Assembly: GCF_021869535.1 (NCBI RefSeq)
Contig: NW_026262581.1
Span: 30,566,001-30,630,000, forward strand
Direction of reading: 5' to 3'
Source of the DNA: Mytilus californianus
Lineage: Eukaryota
Length of the DNA stretch: 64,000 nt
Under the pieces are notes generated by a model. The model was not told the DNA's origin and did not search any database. It was given only the letters and a program-made list of their open reading frames with translations. The position numbers and the translations under genes were made by a program. Positions 48,351-61,229 of this stretch are shown one piece after another (within the stretch, counting starts at the first letter, position 1; every line of letters starts with the position of its first letter).

Positions 48351-48490
48351 GGGTTCTGTGTGCCCAAGTGGGCTAAGTAGTTCGTCTACTGTATCGCTAA
48401 CCAGTCAACACTAATGTTGTGACTTCGAACCCCGCACATGGTAGGTGTATTCGAATATTAATTGAATAGGATTGTCAGTTTTCCCGACGA
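48351..48490 (+). mobile_element. tRNA-derived SINE head (decayed)
   Basis: A-box-like gtgcccaagtgg (48360) and B-box-like acttcgaacccc (~48422). No complete cloverleaf. Confidence 0.45.
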
Positions 48491-49168
48491 ACAATAAAAC
48501 ATAAAAAAAACTATACTACAAAAAGTATTGCAAGATGTTAAATATATATGTTATTAAGAAAAGTGTCCATGAAATATTGCTTGGACTATTGAATTAAGAT
48601 GATGCTATAAACCAGGAAGACCAACCGACTTAAAATCATATATATAGTAAAATTTGCTGCCTCTCAGCTTACAATGCGGAACTTGATTGTAAAGACCGGT
48701 TAGCTTAGAGTTAATGTTATGTCTAAAGAGGGTGACAAAACTTTCTTCAGACTGTGAACTATAACGTTAAAAAGCTTTGTCTTTTATACAAATCAGGCTC
48801 TATATGTATATCCCTTATCAAACTAAAGTCATGCATATCACATAAACTGCCATGTTCTCGTCTTGATATCCATGTATGATTTGAAACTCAACGTTACTGT
48901 CTGAAACACCAGTCCGTCATAATCATGTCTAAATTCATACTGATGATTTATGGAAGCTTTAAAACAAAAACAAAAATCGTAGGACACTTGCTTTTTTGTC
49001 CTTCTTTTGCAATTTTTGCATAGTTACTCAAATTTTGTCAATATATATTCAAAATTGTAGCTTTGAGTTGTCTTTGACTGTTTATAATGTTGCATTCTGT
49101 AATCAAAAATACTGTTAAAATCTACATCACGACATGGAGCTGTGATACTGTGAATTTAAGTAAAGACC

Positions 49169-52100
49169 TTTTTTTAAAATGACTCTGGTATCAAATAAAC
49201 AAGTCCTAGTCATTTCCAAATAGCAATCCTATTTTGAATTTAATCAATCCACGGAATTATACACATCAAGATGTACAGAAATACACGACATCCGTACGAT
49301 GTTAGCCACATTGACTTTTCTGTTCGATATGATTATTCTCGGTATTTTATCTTGAATGGCAAGGAAAAAGGCATACATTTATACTTTCTACGAATGATTT
49401 AGTTACCGGTGTCCTTCTAGAACATTGTAGTACCAAACAGGGAACCAAATGGCATTCATTTGGAACCAATAGTGTACGAAATTACCCGACCGACTCTATG
49501 GGGCATTTGATGAAACGAAATGTTTTAAAAAAGTAAATGTAAAACAGTTTGGTTTTCATTTACTTTTTTAAAGATTTGATTGAATTATTTAGCGAACTTG
49601 ACCAACCACAAAATGGCCGCTTTGACCTGCAGCATTGTAATTATGGGACGACCATTCGATTTTTTTCGGGGGGAGGGGGGATTTTTAGCGGATTGACTAT
49701 TTATTTTTATCTGTTGCTACGTATGCTTATAATATTCATCACATTTACCTGTTTCGCTTTTATAGATATGCATGTAATATTTGCCACAGGAAATTGAACG
49801 TCAATCCATCATCGCCATAAAAAAATGTGTCGGAAAATCCTACAGAAGGTCAGCGAATGCGTCAGTTCATTAGAGTTTAATTACCAAAACAATTAAGCAA
49901 GTTAAGAAATTCTAACAACTCTGTCTGGTCATTTGTTTTAATTCCAAATTGTATAAATCTGTGTTTTAAAAAACTAATGCCAATTTTATGTTAGTCTGTT
50001 AAATATGCATTTGTTTTAGTGCATGAGATTGCAAAGAAATTGCAAGCAAATTTCCACTTAATTATATTCACATCGGGGGCATTTTCTAAAGGTTCTTTAT
50101 TTTTTCTCAAATTCACAGGATCATAGATTCAAATGTATATTTAAATGTTTAACTTGCGGTCAATTATGGATGCCTAAAGATGGCACACAACTGCAATTTT
50201 CACATATTTTGGCAAATTTTAAGTTTTTATCAAAAAATGTATCAGAAGGACACCCTTAACTTATACCTAGATTGTGTGGAAAGTTAAGCTACATGACCGT
50301 ATACAGTTTCCAACGAATACAAAAAAGTTCATTTTTTTAAAATGACTCTGGTATCAAATAAACAAGTCCTAGTCATTTCCAAATAGCAATCCTATTTTGA
50401 ATTTAATCAATCCACGGAATTATACACATCAAGATGTACAGAAATACACGACATCCGTAGGATGTTAGCCACTTTGACTTTTCTGTTCGATATGATTATT
50501 CTCGGTATTTTATCTTGAATGGCAAGGAAAAAGGCATACATTTATACTATCTACGAATGATTTAGTTACCGGTGTCCTTCTAGAACATTGTAGTACCAAA
50601 CAGGGAACCAAGTGGCATTCATTTGGAACCAATAGTGTACGAAATTACCCGACCGACTCTATAGGGCATTTGATGAAGCGAAATGTTTTAAAAAAGTAAA
50701 TGTAAAACAGTTTGGTTTTCATTTACTTTTTTAAAGATTTGATTGAATTATTTAGCGAACTTGACCAACCACAAAATGGCCGCTTTGACCTGCAGCATTG
50801 TAATTATGGGACGACCATTCGATTTTTTTTTGGGGGGGAGGGGGGATTTTTAGCGGATTGACTATTTATTTTTATCTGTTGCTACGTATGCTTATAATAT
50901 TCATCACATTTACCTGTTTCGCTTTTAGATATGCATGTGATATTTGCCACAGGAAATTGAACGTCAATCCATCATCGCCATAAAAAAATGTGTCGAAAAA
51001 TCCTACAGAAGGTCAGCGAATGCGTCAGTTCATTAGAGTTTAATTACCAAAACAATTAAGCAAGTTAAGAAATTCTAACAACTCTGTCTGGTCATTTGTT
51101 TTAATTCCAAATTGTATAAATCTGTGTTTTAAAAAACTAATGCCAATGTTATGTTAGTCTGTTAAATATGCATTTGTTTTAGTGCATGAGATTGCAAAGA
51201 AATTGCAAGCAAATTTCCACTTAATTATATTCACATCGGGAGCATTTTCTAAAAGTTCTTTATTTTTTCTCAAATTCACAGGATCATAGATTCAAATGTA
51301 TATTTAAATGTTTAACTTGCGGTCAATTATGGATGCCTAAAGATGGCACATAACTGCAATTTTCACATATTTTGGCAAATTTTAAGTTTTTATCAAAAAA
51401 TGTATCAGAAGGACACCCTTAACTTATACCTAGATTGTGTGGAAAGTTAAGCTACATGACCGTATACAGTTTCCAACGAATACAAAAAAGTTCATTTTTT
51501 TAAAATGACTCTGGTATCAAATAAACAAGTCCTAGTCATTTCCAAATAGCAATCCTATTTTGATTTTTATCAATCCACGGAATTATACACATCAAGATGT
51601 ACAGAAATACACGACATCCGTACGATGTTAGCCACATTGACTTTTCTGTTCGATATGATTATTCTCGGTATTTTATCTTGAATGGCAAGGAAAAAGGCAT
51701 ACATTTATACTATCTACGAATGATTTAGTTACCGGTGTCCTTCTAGAACATTGTAGTACCAAACAGGGAACCAAATGGCATTCATTTGGAACCAATAGTG
51801 TACGAAATTACCCGACCGACTCTATGGGGCATTTGATGAAGCGAAATGTTTTAAAAAAGTAAATGTAAAACAGTTTGGTTTTCATTTACTTTTTTAAAGA
51901 TTTGATTGAATTATTTAGCGAACTTGACCAACCACAAAATGGCCGCTTTGACCTGCAGCATTGTAATTATGGGACGACCATTCGATTTTTTTTGGGGGGG
52001 AGGGGGGATTTTTAGCGGATTGACTATTTATTTTTATCTGTTGCTACGTATGCTTATAATATTCATCACATTTACCTGTTTCGCTTTTATAGATATGCAT

Positions 52101-52662
52101 GTAATATTTGCCACAGGAAATTGAACGTCAATCCATCATCGCCATAAAAAAATGTGTCGGAAAATCCTACAGAAGGTCAGCGAATGCGTCAGTTCATTAG
52201 AGTTTAATTACCAAAACAATTAAGCAAGTTAAGAAATTCTAACAACTCTGTCTGGTCATTTGTTTTAATTCCAAATTGTATAAATCTGTGTTTTAAAAAA
52301 CTAATGCCAATGTTATGTTAGTCTGTTAAATATGCATTTGTTTTAGTGCATGAGATTGCAAAGAAATTGCAAGCAAATTTCCACTTAATTATATTCACAT
52401 CGGGAGCATTTTCTAAAAGTTCTTTATTTTTTCTCAAATTCACAGGATCATAGATTCAAATGTATATTTAAATGTTTAACTTGCGGTCAATTATGGATGC
52501 CTAAAGATGGCACACAACTGCAATTTTCACATATTTTGGCAAATTTTAAGTTTTTATCAAAAAATGTATCAGAAGGACACCCTTAACTTATACCTAGATT
52601 GTGTGGAAAGTTAAGCTACATGACCGTATACAGTTTCCAACGAATACAAAAAAGTTCATTTT
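49169..52662. repeat. Tandem triplication of a 1163-bp unit, ~99% identical
   Basis: gactctggta at 49181, 50344 and 51507. Each unit ends gaatacaaaaaagttcatttt and the junctions fall in a T-run. Confidence 0.98.
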
Positions 52663-52754
52663 GGTGAAAGTCGTCTTTTACAATCAAATTTGATTTTTTT
52701 TTGTTTTTTTTTTTATCTTCAACAGCGATATGTTTGGCTAAATAACATTTTCAT

Positions 52755-53012
52755 TAGAGCTTAATTCCTAATGCTTGTAGAGTTCGACTTTGGTTGTCTT
52801 GCTTGCTTTGTTTGTATGAATGTTTGCTCAAGCATTGTAATTAAGATTGACATCTGCAAACAATATAAATAGGCGGAGTTAAACCTGTATACATTATATT
52901 TAGATTCCTTACCTCCAGGATAACATTCAATCAAATTTAAGTACAATGTATACAAACAAAGCAAGTAAGCCAACCAAAGTCTCACTCTGCAAGGATTAGG
53001 AAATTAGCTCTA
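52755..53012. mobile_element. Foldback MITE with ~63-bp imperfect TIRs and TA at both ends
   Basis: 52755-52817 tagagcttaattcctaatgcttgtagag...ctttgtttgtat versus the reverse complement of 52950-53012, tagagctaatttcctaatccttgcagag...ctttgtttgtat. The spacer is 132 bp. Confidence 0.8.
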
Positions 53013-54412
53013 AACTTAGGTGTGTAAAATTGCTGGTAACTTGAGTGAGAATATTATATAGACCTAATGAAGATCACCTGTAAGTTTTGAACAAATTTCA
53101 AATTTTGTCCCTGTTAGTGAAAGAAATGCAGGGAAAATCGGTACTGCCTGATTTTGTGGTGCCGTATAATACTTACAAAACACAAGTGTATATATGTAAG
53201 GTAAAATTGTCTTTGTCGAATTTGACCAGAGTCCAGCAAAGATATATTAAAAAGCTGTCATCTCAATGTATACAATATATCTTGCACAAAATTATTAGTC
53301 TTTATCTAGGAGATAGAGTTACCTTTCTTTATATATATATAAGAAGATATACAGATATTTCAATATTTCAATTCACACCACATATAAAACCAACAAGACG
53401 ACAACCGTAAGAAATGCTTTTAAATATGTACTAGTATAACAAGCCATACGATTTTTACTTGATAACAGGAACAAATTTTTTCTTCTTCATTTTATTATAT
53501 GCATTTTGTTCACTTTGAAATGTTAATTTGACCATCGCCGATTTTGGCTTTAAGTCACTTGATTAACCCTGGAACTAATATACTATTATATTATGTCCCA
53601 GATTAACCGTGTGCACATTTCTATAGAGTAACCCTTTGGAATGCGTTTGGGTAGCCAAATACTTTGAATAAAGTTTAGTTGGAAAAATGTATGGAAAATT
53701 CCACATGGAGTTGGGAAATGTCGATGGAATGCATGTTTGTTAAATATTGTTACTATAGAGAGCAGCAAGCAAGTCTGTGTCAAAAGTAATTTAAATGTTT
53801 TAAACCCGAATGCGCTTTCTGATAAGGCTATCCCTGAATTCTCTATAATGACAAATTAATGTTTTTACCTTAAATGTTGAATACATTTTTTTTCCATTCA
53901 ATGCCATTGCATCTTACTAGTGCTTTTAAACATTAGACATGTAAGTTTTGATAAAAGAAAGGGGGAGTAACTACTGCATATTGAACGGATCTAAAAACCC
54001 CAGTGATATGCATACCCTGTTACGGTTAACCGGGTCTTCTTTATCATTGATTCAGTAGCATCTTTGTAAGGCTAAGCAGCAAACCTTCTATGAAGATAAT
54101 TCTGATGAGAAAAACAATTTATGGAATATAAAACAAAATTGCAAAAATTATTTTTCCTTTATAAGGAAAAAATACTTCATAGGCATGTGTTGTTGGATTG
54201 TTGGTACATGAAACTGGGTGATTTATATTTTGACGTATTGTATACTCTAGATGAATGTTGGTTATTTTTGTCATTGGATTGCTGTCTCGTAAATTGTATA
54301 CACACATCTTCTTTTATTCATTTAGCGTGAAAGTTGAAATTGATACTGATGCGCTTATTCCGGAATTCTGTGTTCTGGATGACCAAAGCTCTTTTACGTC
54401 TACGATATATAG

Positions 54413-54795
54413 ATATAAGAAGATGTGGTATGAGTGCCAATGAGACAACTCTCCATCCAAGTCACAATTTGTAAAAGTAAACCATTATAGGTCAAAGAAC
54501 GGCCTTCAACACGGAGCATTGGCTCACACCGAACAGCAAGCTATAAAGGGCCCAAAAATGACTAATGTAAAACCATTCAAACAGGAAAACCAACGGTCTA
54601 ATTTATATAAAAAACGAGAAACGAGAAACACTTATGAACCACAACAACAAACGACAACCACTGAACATCAGGTTCCTGACTAGGACAGGTGCAAACAAAT
54701 GCAGCGGGTTTAAACGTTTTAATTGGCGCCAACCTTCACCCTATCTGAAACAATAGTGTGACATCATGACATAGAAAGACACGCTATAAAATATG
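54413..54795 (+). mobile_element. Family B repeat
   Basis: Colinear with 41122-41500. Confidence 0.85.
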
Positions 54796-55799
54796 TTGAC
54801 CCATTGCCACTCGCAATTAATCTTATCAAAGCAAATAATATGATTTTGCGATGATATATCGATTCTGGAATCTCGGGGTTTTTTTTCGGGGGGGGGGGGG
54901 GGGGGTGGGAATTCTTCAATCATTTTGTGGTAAAGTGAGCAGCTGAGACATCTAAAGTATCCCATCCTTTTTAGATATTTTGAATAAAATACAAAATACA
55001 TACAAAAATTGACCTAGAGCTATGATTCGTTATGTCATGGAGAGTTAAAATAGATTTGACAAATATCTGATGCATTTACATTTGTTCGACTGTGGTCTTA
55101 ATCGCATCTTTTATGATACTTACTTCTGATTCAGTTATTTAAGAAACTCATGATATTATCAGCAGCATATTTAATTTAAATTTATCACGGTTGTTATACA
55201 TTATGAAGCTAGCAATTAGTGATCTTTACCAGCGGCTCATCCCCACCACTCAGTATATAGACTAGTGAATAAATCCCCACCCCTCGATCCTACTATATAT
55301 GCATTTAAGTTGGTAGGGGAAGGGTGGAAAACACTATGTGTATAAATCTAAGTTTATGCATAGGTAGTACTTTAATAAAGTGTCTTGTCTTGTCAATCTG
55401 TTTTCATGTCAAAATGTATACTATAAGTAATACTAATAATCAGCCATTATCTTATATATGTGAATACATGAGCATCTTGTCAAATGTTATCACTAACTTC
55501 TTTAGAAAGTATGTTTTCGTTGTGTCCGTAATGGCGACTTTACTTACACTAGATGTTTACATGTCGGACTTGCTGAAATACGTATGATGCTTTTGAATTG
55601 TTTTACATTTTGTCCTTTCGCGGCCTTATATAGCTTTCTATATGGTATGGGCTTCGTTGGAGACCGGTGACCTATATTGATGCATACATCGAAGACATTT
55701 GGTCTCGGCTGATAATTTCACTGTCTCATTGGCCATCCATATCTTTCTATTTTACTATAATGGAGGACGAAACATTTTTAGAGTTGTCATCATTTTATT

Positions 55800-56640
55800 A
55801 AAAAAGAAATCCGATTCATTAAGTGCAAACATATGCATATCGGTAAACCAGGACCTGACCTAGACTCAAAGTATACACTGAAGTCTACAATATTTCCAAG
55901 AGCTACTGAAGAAAAAGATCTTGGAGTAATTATTGACACTGAACTAAATTTCGAAAAACATATCACCGAAAAGGTAAATAAGGCAAATTCAATGTTTGCA
56001 CTAATGAGAAGGACATTCCAATATTTAGATACAGATACCTTTGTACCACTATAAAAGACACTTGTAAGAACACATTTAGAGTTTGCAAGCTCAGTATGGC
56101 ATCCATATAAAATAAAATATATTGACATGATTGAGAATGTGCAGCACCGAGCAACGAAACAACTACCAGGATTAAAGAATTTAACATACTCAGAAAGATT
56201 ACAGAAATTAACTGCCATCACTTAATTTTAGAAGGGTCGGAGGGGACATGATTGAACTATACAAAATATTAAACGGAAAATACGACAGAGAGACGACACA
56301 GTTTGTAAAACTATGGAAGGGTATGACCACGAGAACAGGGGTACGAGGCAACAGTCTGAAAATCTTCCCACAGAGAGCCAGAACAGAATTAAGGAGAAAT
56401 GCCTTTGCTCCATGCGAGTGGTAAAACCATGGAACACGCTACCAGATAATATTGTGCCATCAGCAACTACTAATACATTTAAGAACAGACTTGATGAATA
56501 TTGGATGAACCAAACAATGATGTACGAAGACTATAAAGCAAACATCACCGGAAATGGGGAGGAACTAGATGTAGACTGATGAAGAGGAACCCAGTGTTCC
56601 TGTAGCAGTAACAGATCCTAGTTAAACCTAATTATTAAGA
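55800..56640 (+). mobile_element. 5'-truncated CR1-clade LINE (ORF2 C-terminus plus 3' UTR), with stops and frameshifts
   Basis: KCKHMHIG...EEKDLGVIIDTELNFEKHI...VNKANSM...LVRTHLEFASSVWHPY...IENVQHRATK...YSERL...RVVKPWNTLP...NTFKNRLD. A 3' stem-loop aggaac-ccagt-gttcct lies at 56585-56601. Confidence 0.9.
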
Positions 56641-57068
56641 ACTAGAACATACAAAAAAAAACAATATGATGTGGCCGAAAACGAATCGGACTACATTAAC
56701 AGCAACAGAGTTATTGTTCTCCTTATTATTACTATTTTGACAAAATAAAAACATGTAGATCAAACTTTTAACATATTTTTTAATTGAAAATAATAATAAA
56801 GCTATATTAAAATATATATAATATATATATATTGTATCACCTCAACGGGCGTTTGGACGGTAAACTGTTTACTAGTATTTTAGTTTATCCGTGTCAACGA
56901 ACGCATGGACGGTAAACGATAGATATTATCCATCCGTTAACAACGGACGAGTAAACTTAAAAATACATCCTTCCTTTTATCACAGATACTTTGACGATAA
57001 TTTCAGTTCAAACTAAACAAAAAAATAAATAGTACATTAAGAAATACAATTGTTTTTCGTGGTTGCGT

Positions 57069-57395
57069 TTATTTTTTGAATGCATGAAATAATTGTCCAC
57101 AAGCCTCGCAACATGGTACACAACAACAGTTAACTAATGTAGCATAGATTCTCTGGCAAAGTCCGCAGTTGATTTCGAAGATTTTCATGCATGGAGAAAT
57201 TATCCAGATATGGTAGAAAGCGATAATAGCAAATTCACATCCCCATTCAGCAGCAATACAGATACCGTAGAAAATGGTCATAATGTTGTAACAAAGCAGC
57301 TTCCAGCAGTCGAAACATTTGGCTGATATTTTCCATACGCAATCGATACTGTGTATCCCATCAGGTTCACCAAAAACGTCATTGAAATGCAAAGT
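57069..57395 (-). CDS. CAV: Caveolin, last coding exon (108 aa plus stop)
   Basis: Acceptor gttttattctattccag (AG at 57397-57396), phase 0. The exon begins TLHFNDVFGEPDGIHSIDCVWK, matching the caveolin signature FEDVIAEPEGTHSFDGVWK. It continues with CYNIMTIFYGICIAAEWG...FYHIWIISPCMK, QRIY and PCCEACGQLF. Confidence 0.93.
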   Translation of the reverse strand, partial: TLHFNDVFGEPDGIHSIDCVWKISAKCFDCWKLLCYNIMTIFYGICIAAEWGCEFAIIAFYHIWIISPCMKIFEINCGLCQRIYATLVNCCCVPCCEACGQLFHAFKK

Positions 57396-58207
57396 CTGGA
57401 ATAGAATAAAACATATATATATAAATAAATAGATATGGTATGATTGCAAATGAGACAACTATCCACCAGAGTTCAAATGAAGTAAATGTAAGCATTTATG
57501 GGCAACCGTACGGCCTATATATACATATTTGTTTTCGCGAAGAAGCACGTTACCTTGTAAAATCGGATTACTGTTTGAAAAGAGATATACGTTCGTGTAA
57601 AACAGCGTTTATTATAAATGTCATGCTTGTGTGCACATAAAAAAATATAACTTGTACGAATACATTTCAGAGACAGATTCTGGTAGTAAATTTTGAGCAA
57701 GTCAGAGTTCAGGTTAACTTTGTTGAACACTTTGGGTCAAAGAACGCTTTGAAAAAAAGTTGAAGGTAGCATAAAATTTAACTGTAGTTTGAGAACTCAA
57801 TTTCGATTGACATATTTCAAATACTTATTTTATCTTTAAAGTAAGATATTTGACATTGGACAAATTATCAAATGCTTAATGAAAACGATAATCAATTACG
57901 ATTATTAGTTCTTGATAGAAACTGACTATTCATTAATTATTTAAATGGCACTCCGATTAAACATGTTAAGTCATTCACATGTAGTTGTCGCTTAGTTACA
58001 AGAAAAACAGATTTCCAAAACATAACTAGATGTTTCTTATTTATCTTTGAGATAATGAAACTAGTAAGCTTAAAAAATAATAAGAATTAAATAGTAAATC
58101 CGTATATAAATTTACAATAAAGTCAAATCACACAGTGCACAATCTTTGCCACCTATACTTCTCAAGTTATCTTGTTCCAATACTAAACTTTTTTTTCTTG
58201 ACACAAT

Positions 58208-58445
58208 ATAAGGGAGCTACCATTTGATTTTTTATGGGGGGGCTAGGATGAAAAATTGTGTCCTGCATTTTTTTTAGTTGTAATCTCGGTCCTGCCTTTT
58301 TATATTTTTCACTTTATTCGGTCCTGCCTTTTTATATTTTTCACTTTATTCGGTCCTGCCTTTTTTTTATTAGTTTACCCTGACTTTTTATACATAATTT
58401 GTCATCCTGCCTTTTTTTTTACTCAAAACTTCTGTCCTGCTTTTT
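58208..58445 (+). mobile_element. Unclassified repeat in the caveolin intron with internal tcctgccttt reiterations
   Basis: Starts taagggagctaccatttgattt...G-run. ggtcctgcctttttatatttttcactttattc is tandemly repeated. Confidence 0.5.
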
Positions 58446-58827
58446 TAAAAATTTCATCCAGAGATTTATGTAAAAACATCAAACTAAAAACAAATATGAT
58501 ATCCAGTAACAAACGATAACCACTGAATTACAGGCCCCTGACTTGGTACACGCATGTATAGAATGTTTTTATGAGTTAGTCGACAGTTAATTCAATTTGA
58601 CAAAATATTGAAAAGAAGTATCGTAATAAATTCTAATATAATTTATAAAAATATCATTTAAAAAAAATTCTTTGACAAATTATTTTCATATTTATTCTGA
58701 TTTTTTTATTATTTATTTAGAGGATGCTTTTAGAAGTGACCCATAGAGATATTCATGTTACATTCTTTTTCTATTTTCCACAGTTTAAAATATAATATTG
58801 ATAAAATATGATTAATTAAAAACTTAC

Positions 58828-58890
58828 CCCTAAATGAGCATTAAGTCCATTAGGATCTCTGTTAACCAAATCTATTTCACCGCCAGACAT
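58828..58890 (-). CDS. CAV: Caveolin, first coding exon (MSGGEIDLVNRDPNGLNAHLG), absent from the ORF track
   Basis: ATG at 58890-58888, 21 codons containing the caveolin RDP-x2-LN-x-HL motif, and a perfect donor ggg|gtaagt (intron 58827-57396). It joins in phase 0 to give 129 aa. An upstream acceptor ttcttacag at 58953-58952 suggests a 5' UTR intron. Confidence 0.9.
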
Positions 58891-60249
58891 TTTGGAAAAG
58901 GAGATGTGAGAAGTAGTGCGTCAAAAAATGTTGTGTTGCTTTGTGACTGATCTGTAAGAATTTTACTTTTATGGTCAGTTTTTGTTTGTTTGCCTATGAC
59001 TTGACAACCCTGACCAGTAGTCGTTTCGGTCAAATGGTCATTACTAAGGCTTTAAATAATTAAAGTTTTATTTTTACGCTATTTTTGATATTTATGTTTG
59101 CACTGTGTTATTATTAAGTCAATTCAAAATTAAATGCTAATTTAATTATATAACAATATCGGTAAAATAATAATGTAATTAATTACTTTTTATGTACTTT
59201 TACTGACACACATTATATGAACAGAAATACATGTATTTACATGTAATATCCTGTCAGGTCGATTTTTTTTTTTTTGGGGGGGGGGATTTACTAGTTAGAG
59301 TTTAGAAAGCTTTCAATACAATTTGACAACTAATTAAATGGACTTAAAAAAATAAAACCGTGTTGTTTGATGATGACATGAAATATTTAATTCACAATTC
59401 ACACACACACACAAACAGTCTTAAAAGCAAAGAAGAGTTTTTTTAATTCTTTCTTTGCTGATTTCTTTAAAAAAAAATAACGAAGAACAAAATACAGAAA
59501 ATCACAATCTTCAATATCAACGTAAAAACAGTAATGCTTGTTTTTCTTAGTTTACTACATAAATTCCAATATGGCCTTAAAATAGTTTTTCAATCCAAAA
59601 TTCAATAATCTCTTGTATAAATAAGTTATAGGAATACTCAGTTTTAATTATGTGACATGATGAAACAGAATTTTTTAAAGATTGCCTGTAAAGTACACGC
59701 AACTTTTTAGTGATGGTAACTCTTTTAAATTTACGTATCCGTAGTCCTTTCTTCTTTCTTTAGCACCAGTGAATATGTCAGTCAATAATTACTTTGCAGT
59801 TTTAAGTGTAAAATACTGTCATTCCGATGTTTATTTTCATTGTTTTGTTTATATGTATAATTCCCGTATTCCCAATGAATCTTGCCGTTTTTGTCTGGTC
59901 ATGTTAACTACGTCGAGTTTTGGGTGGTTTATTTGTTCTTTTTAATAGGTTTTTGTGGGTCGTTTTTGCTTTGCCTGTTCGTATTCAATTCATAACGAAT
60001 TAATACACGTGTATGTATATTTAGCGTGATTTTACGACCGTATAAAAATATGACTTTCAAGATCATGAATAAAGGTCTTGTGCGTTGCATTGCAAACCAT
60101 TATATAGCATACGGAAAAGTGAAAGATCTTTTGCTTTGTTTCTGATTTTTTTTTTATCTTCTGTCGCTGATCTTGAGAATCTTTTTTTTGTATCGCAACA
60201 AGGAATTTGGATCATGATATCAAACAGTTATTGCGCTTTCAAAACTCAC

Positions 60250-60309
60250 AGCCTGTCATCTGAACACTTTTCTTGGTTAAAGTTATCCACTAACGCCGTC
60301 CTTTTTATA
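60250..60309 (-). promoter_or_regulatory. Putative TATA box and short non-coding first exon of caveolin
   Basis: Minus-strand TATAAAAAGG starts at 60309, with a YR start ~31 nt downstream (~60278) and a consensus donor ggct|gtgagt at 60250/60249. It fits the orphan acceptor at 58952. Confidence 0.45.
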
Positions 60310-61229
60310 TGTTATCGCTACTTCTTCGAAACTGGTTAAAGATATCAATTAACTTTTTCTTCTGAAATTAGTCTTTTATACTCAGGATATTGCAATCAAT
60401 TCGAACCGATGACTTGTTATATGGGTTATTTCCCTTTTGTATTGCAAAAAAGTGGTATGTCAGTGTAACTCATAAACCGTAAGTCATAGATACTTATACT
60501 CTTTTGATATGATGTCCTTGGTTCAATTCCAGGAATTAAAGGTCAAGGTCAAGATATTGTTCTAAGTTTTTAACTTTGCTTGTTATTGCTATTAATCAGA
60601 AACCTTTTATACGATAACAGCTTTTTGTCAAATTGTTAGATACGATACGACACAACTTCAATACATTTTGGCAGAAGCCCTCAAGCAATTAGGCAGTATG
60701 ATTTTCAAACCATAAATATATGAGTCAGCGGCCTATAGATTTGATATCCTTGAACGATCACATTGAAATTTAGGTCAAGGTCAAAGCTCAATTTGACGTG
60801 CTATATTTTGACCTTAGTTCACCTCCAAACTGTAGAAAGAGACGGAGCAACATTTTTGGTACGTTATGGCAAAGATTTGATACATATGGTTCAAGTCATT
60901 GTGAGTTACATTTATATGCTTCCGAGGAGTGCATTAATGGTAGAAGGGTCGATTTGAATATACTATGGCACTGAAAAGTTCAAGTTTCGACAACATAGCA
61001 GAAAACTTCTTTCCGGTTATTTTTCGCGGGATTTTTCGTAAATATCAAAAGTGAGAATACGATTACCCTTAAATTTGTATCAACTTACACCAAAAAAGAG
61101 CATAGTTTTACGATTTCCCGCTCATTTGTATATCTGATTACCGAAAAGTATGATGACAAGTAGAACTAACTTGGAAAATCCGATTGTGTAAAACCAACTG
61201 TCTCCAGGAAAAAAATAAGAATAATCTTG

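Noticed and set aside
49549-52124. ORFs of 82 and 72 aa repeated in the triplication, similar to ORF 15673-16077
   Set aside because: The similarity comes from the shared non-coding repeat and G-run (GGGG translation). The frame is not conserved in copy 2.
55790-56437. Minus-strand ORFs of 69-143 aa
   Set aside because: They are antisense shadows of the CR1 relic.
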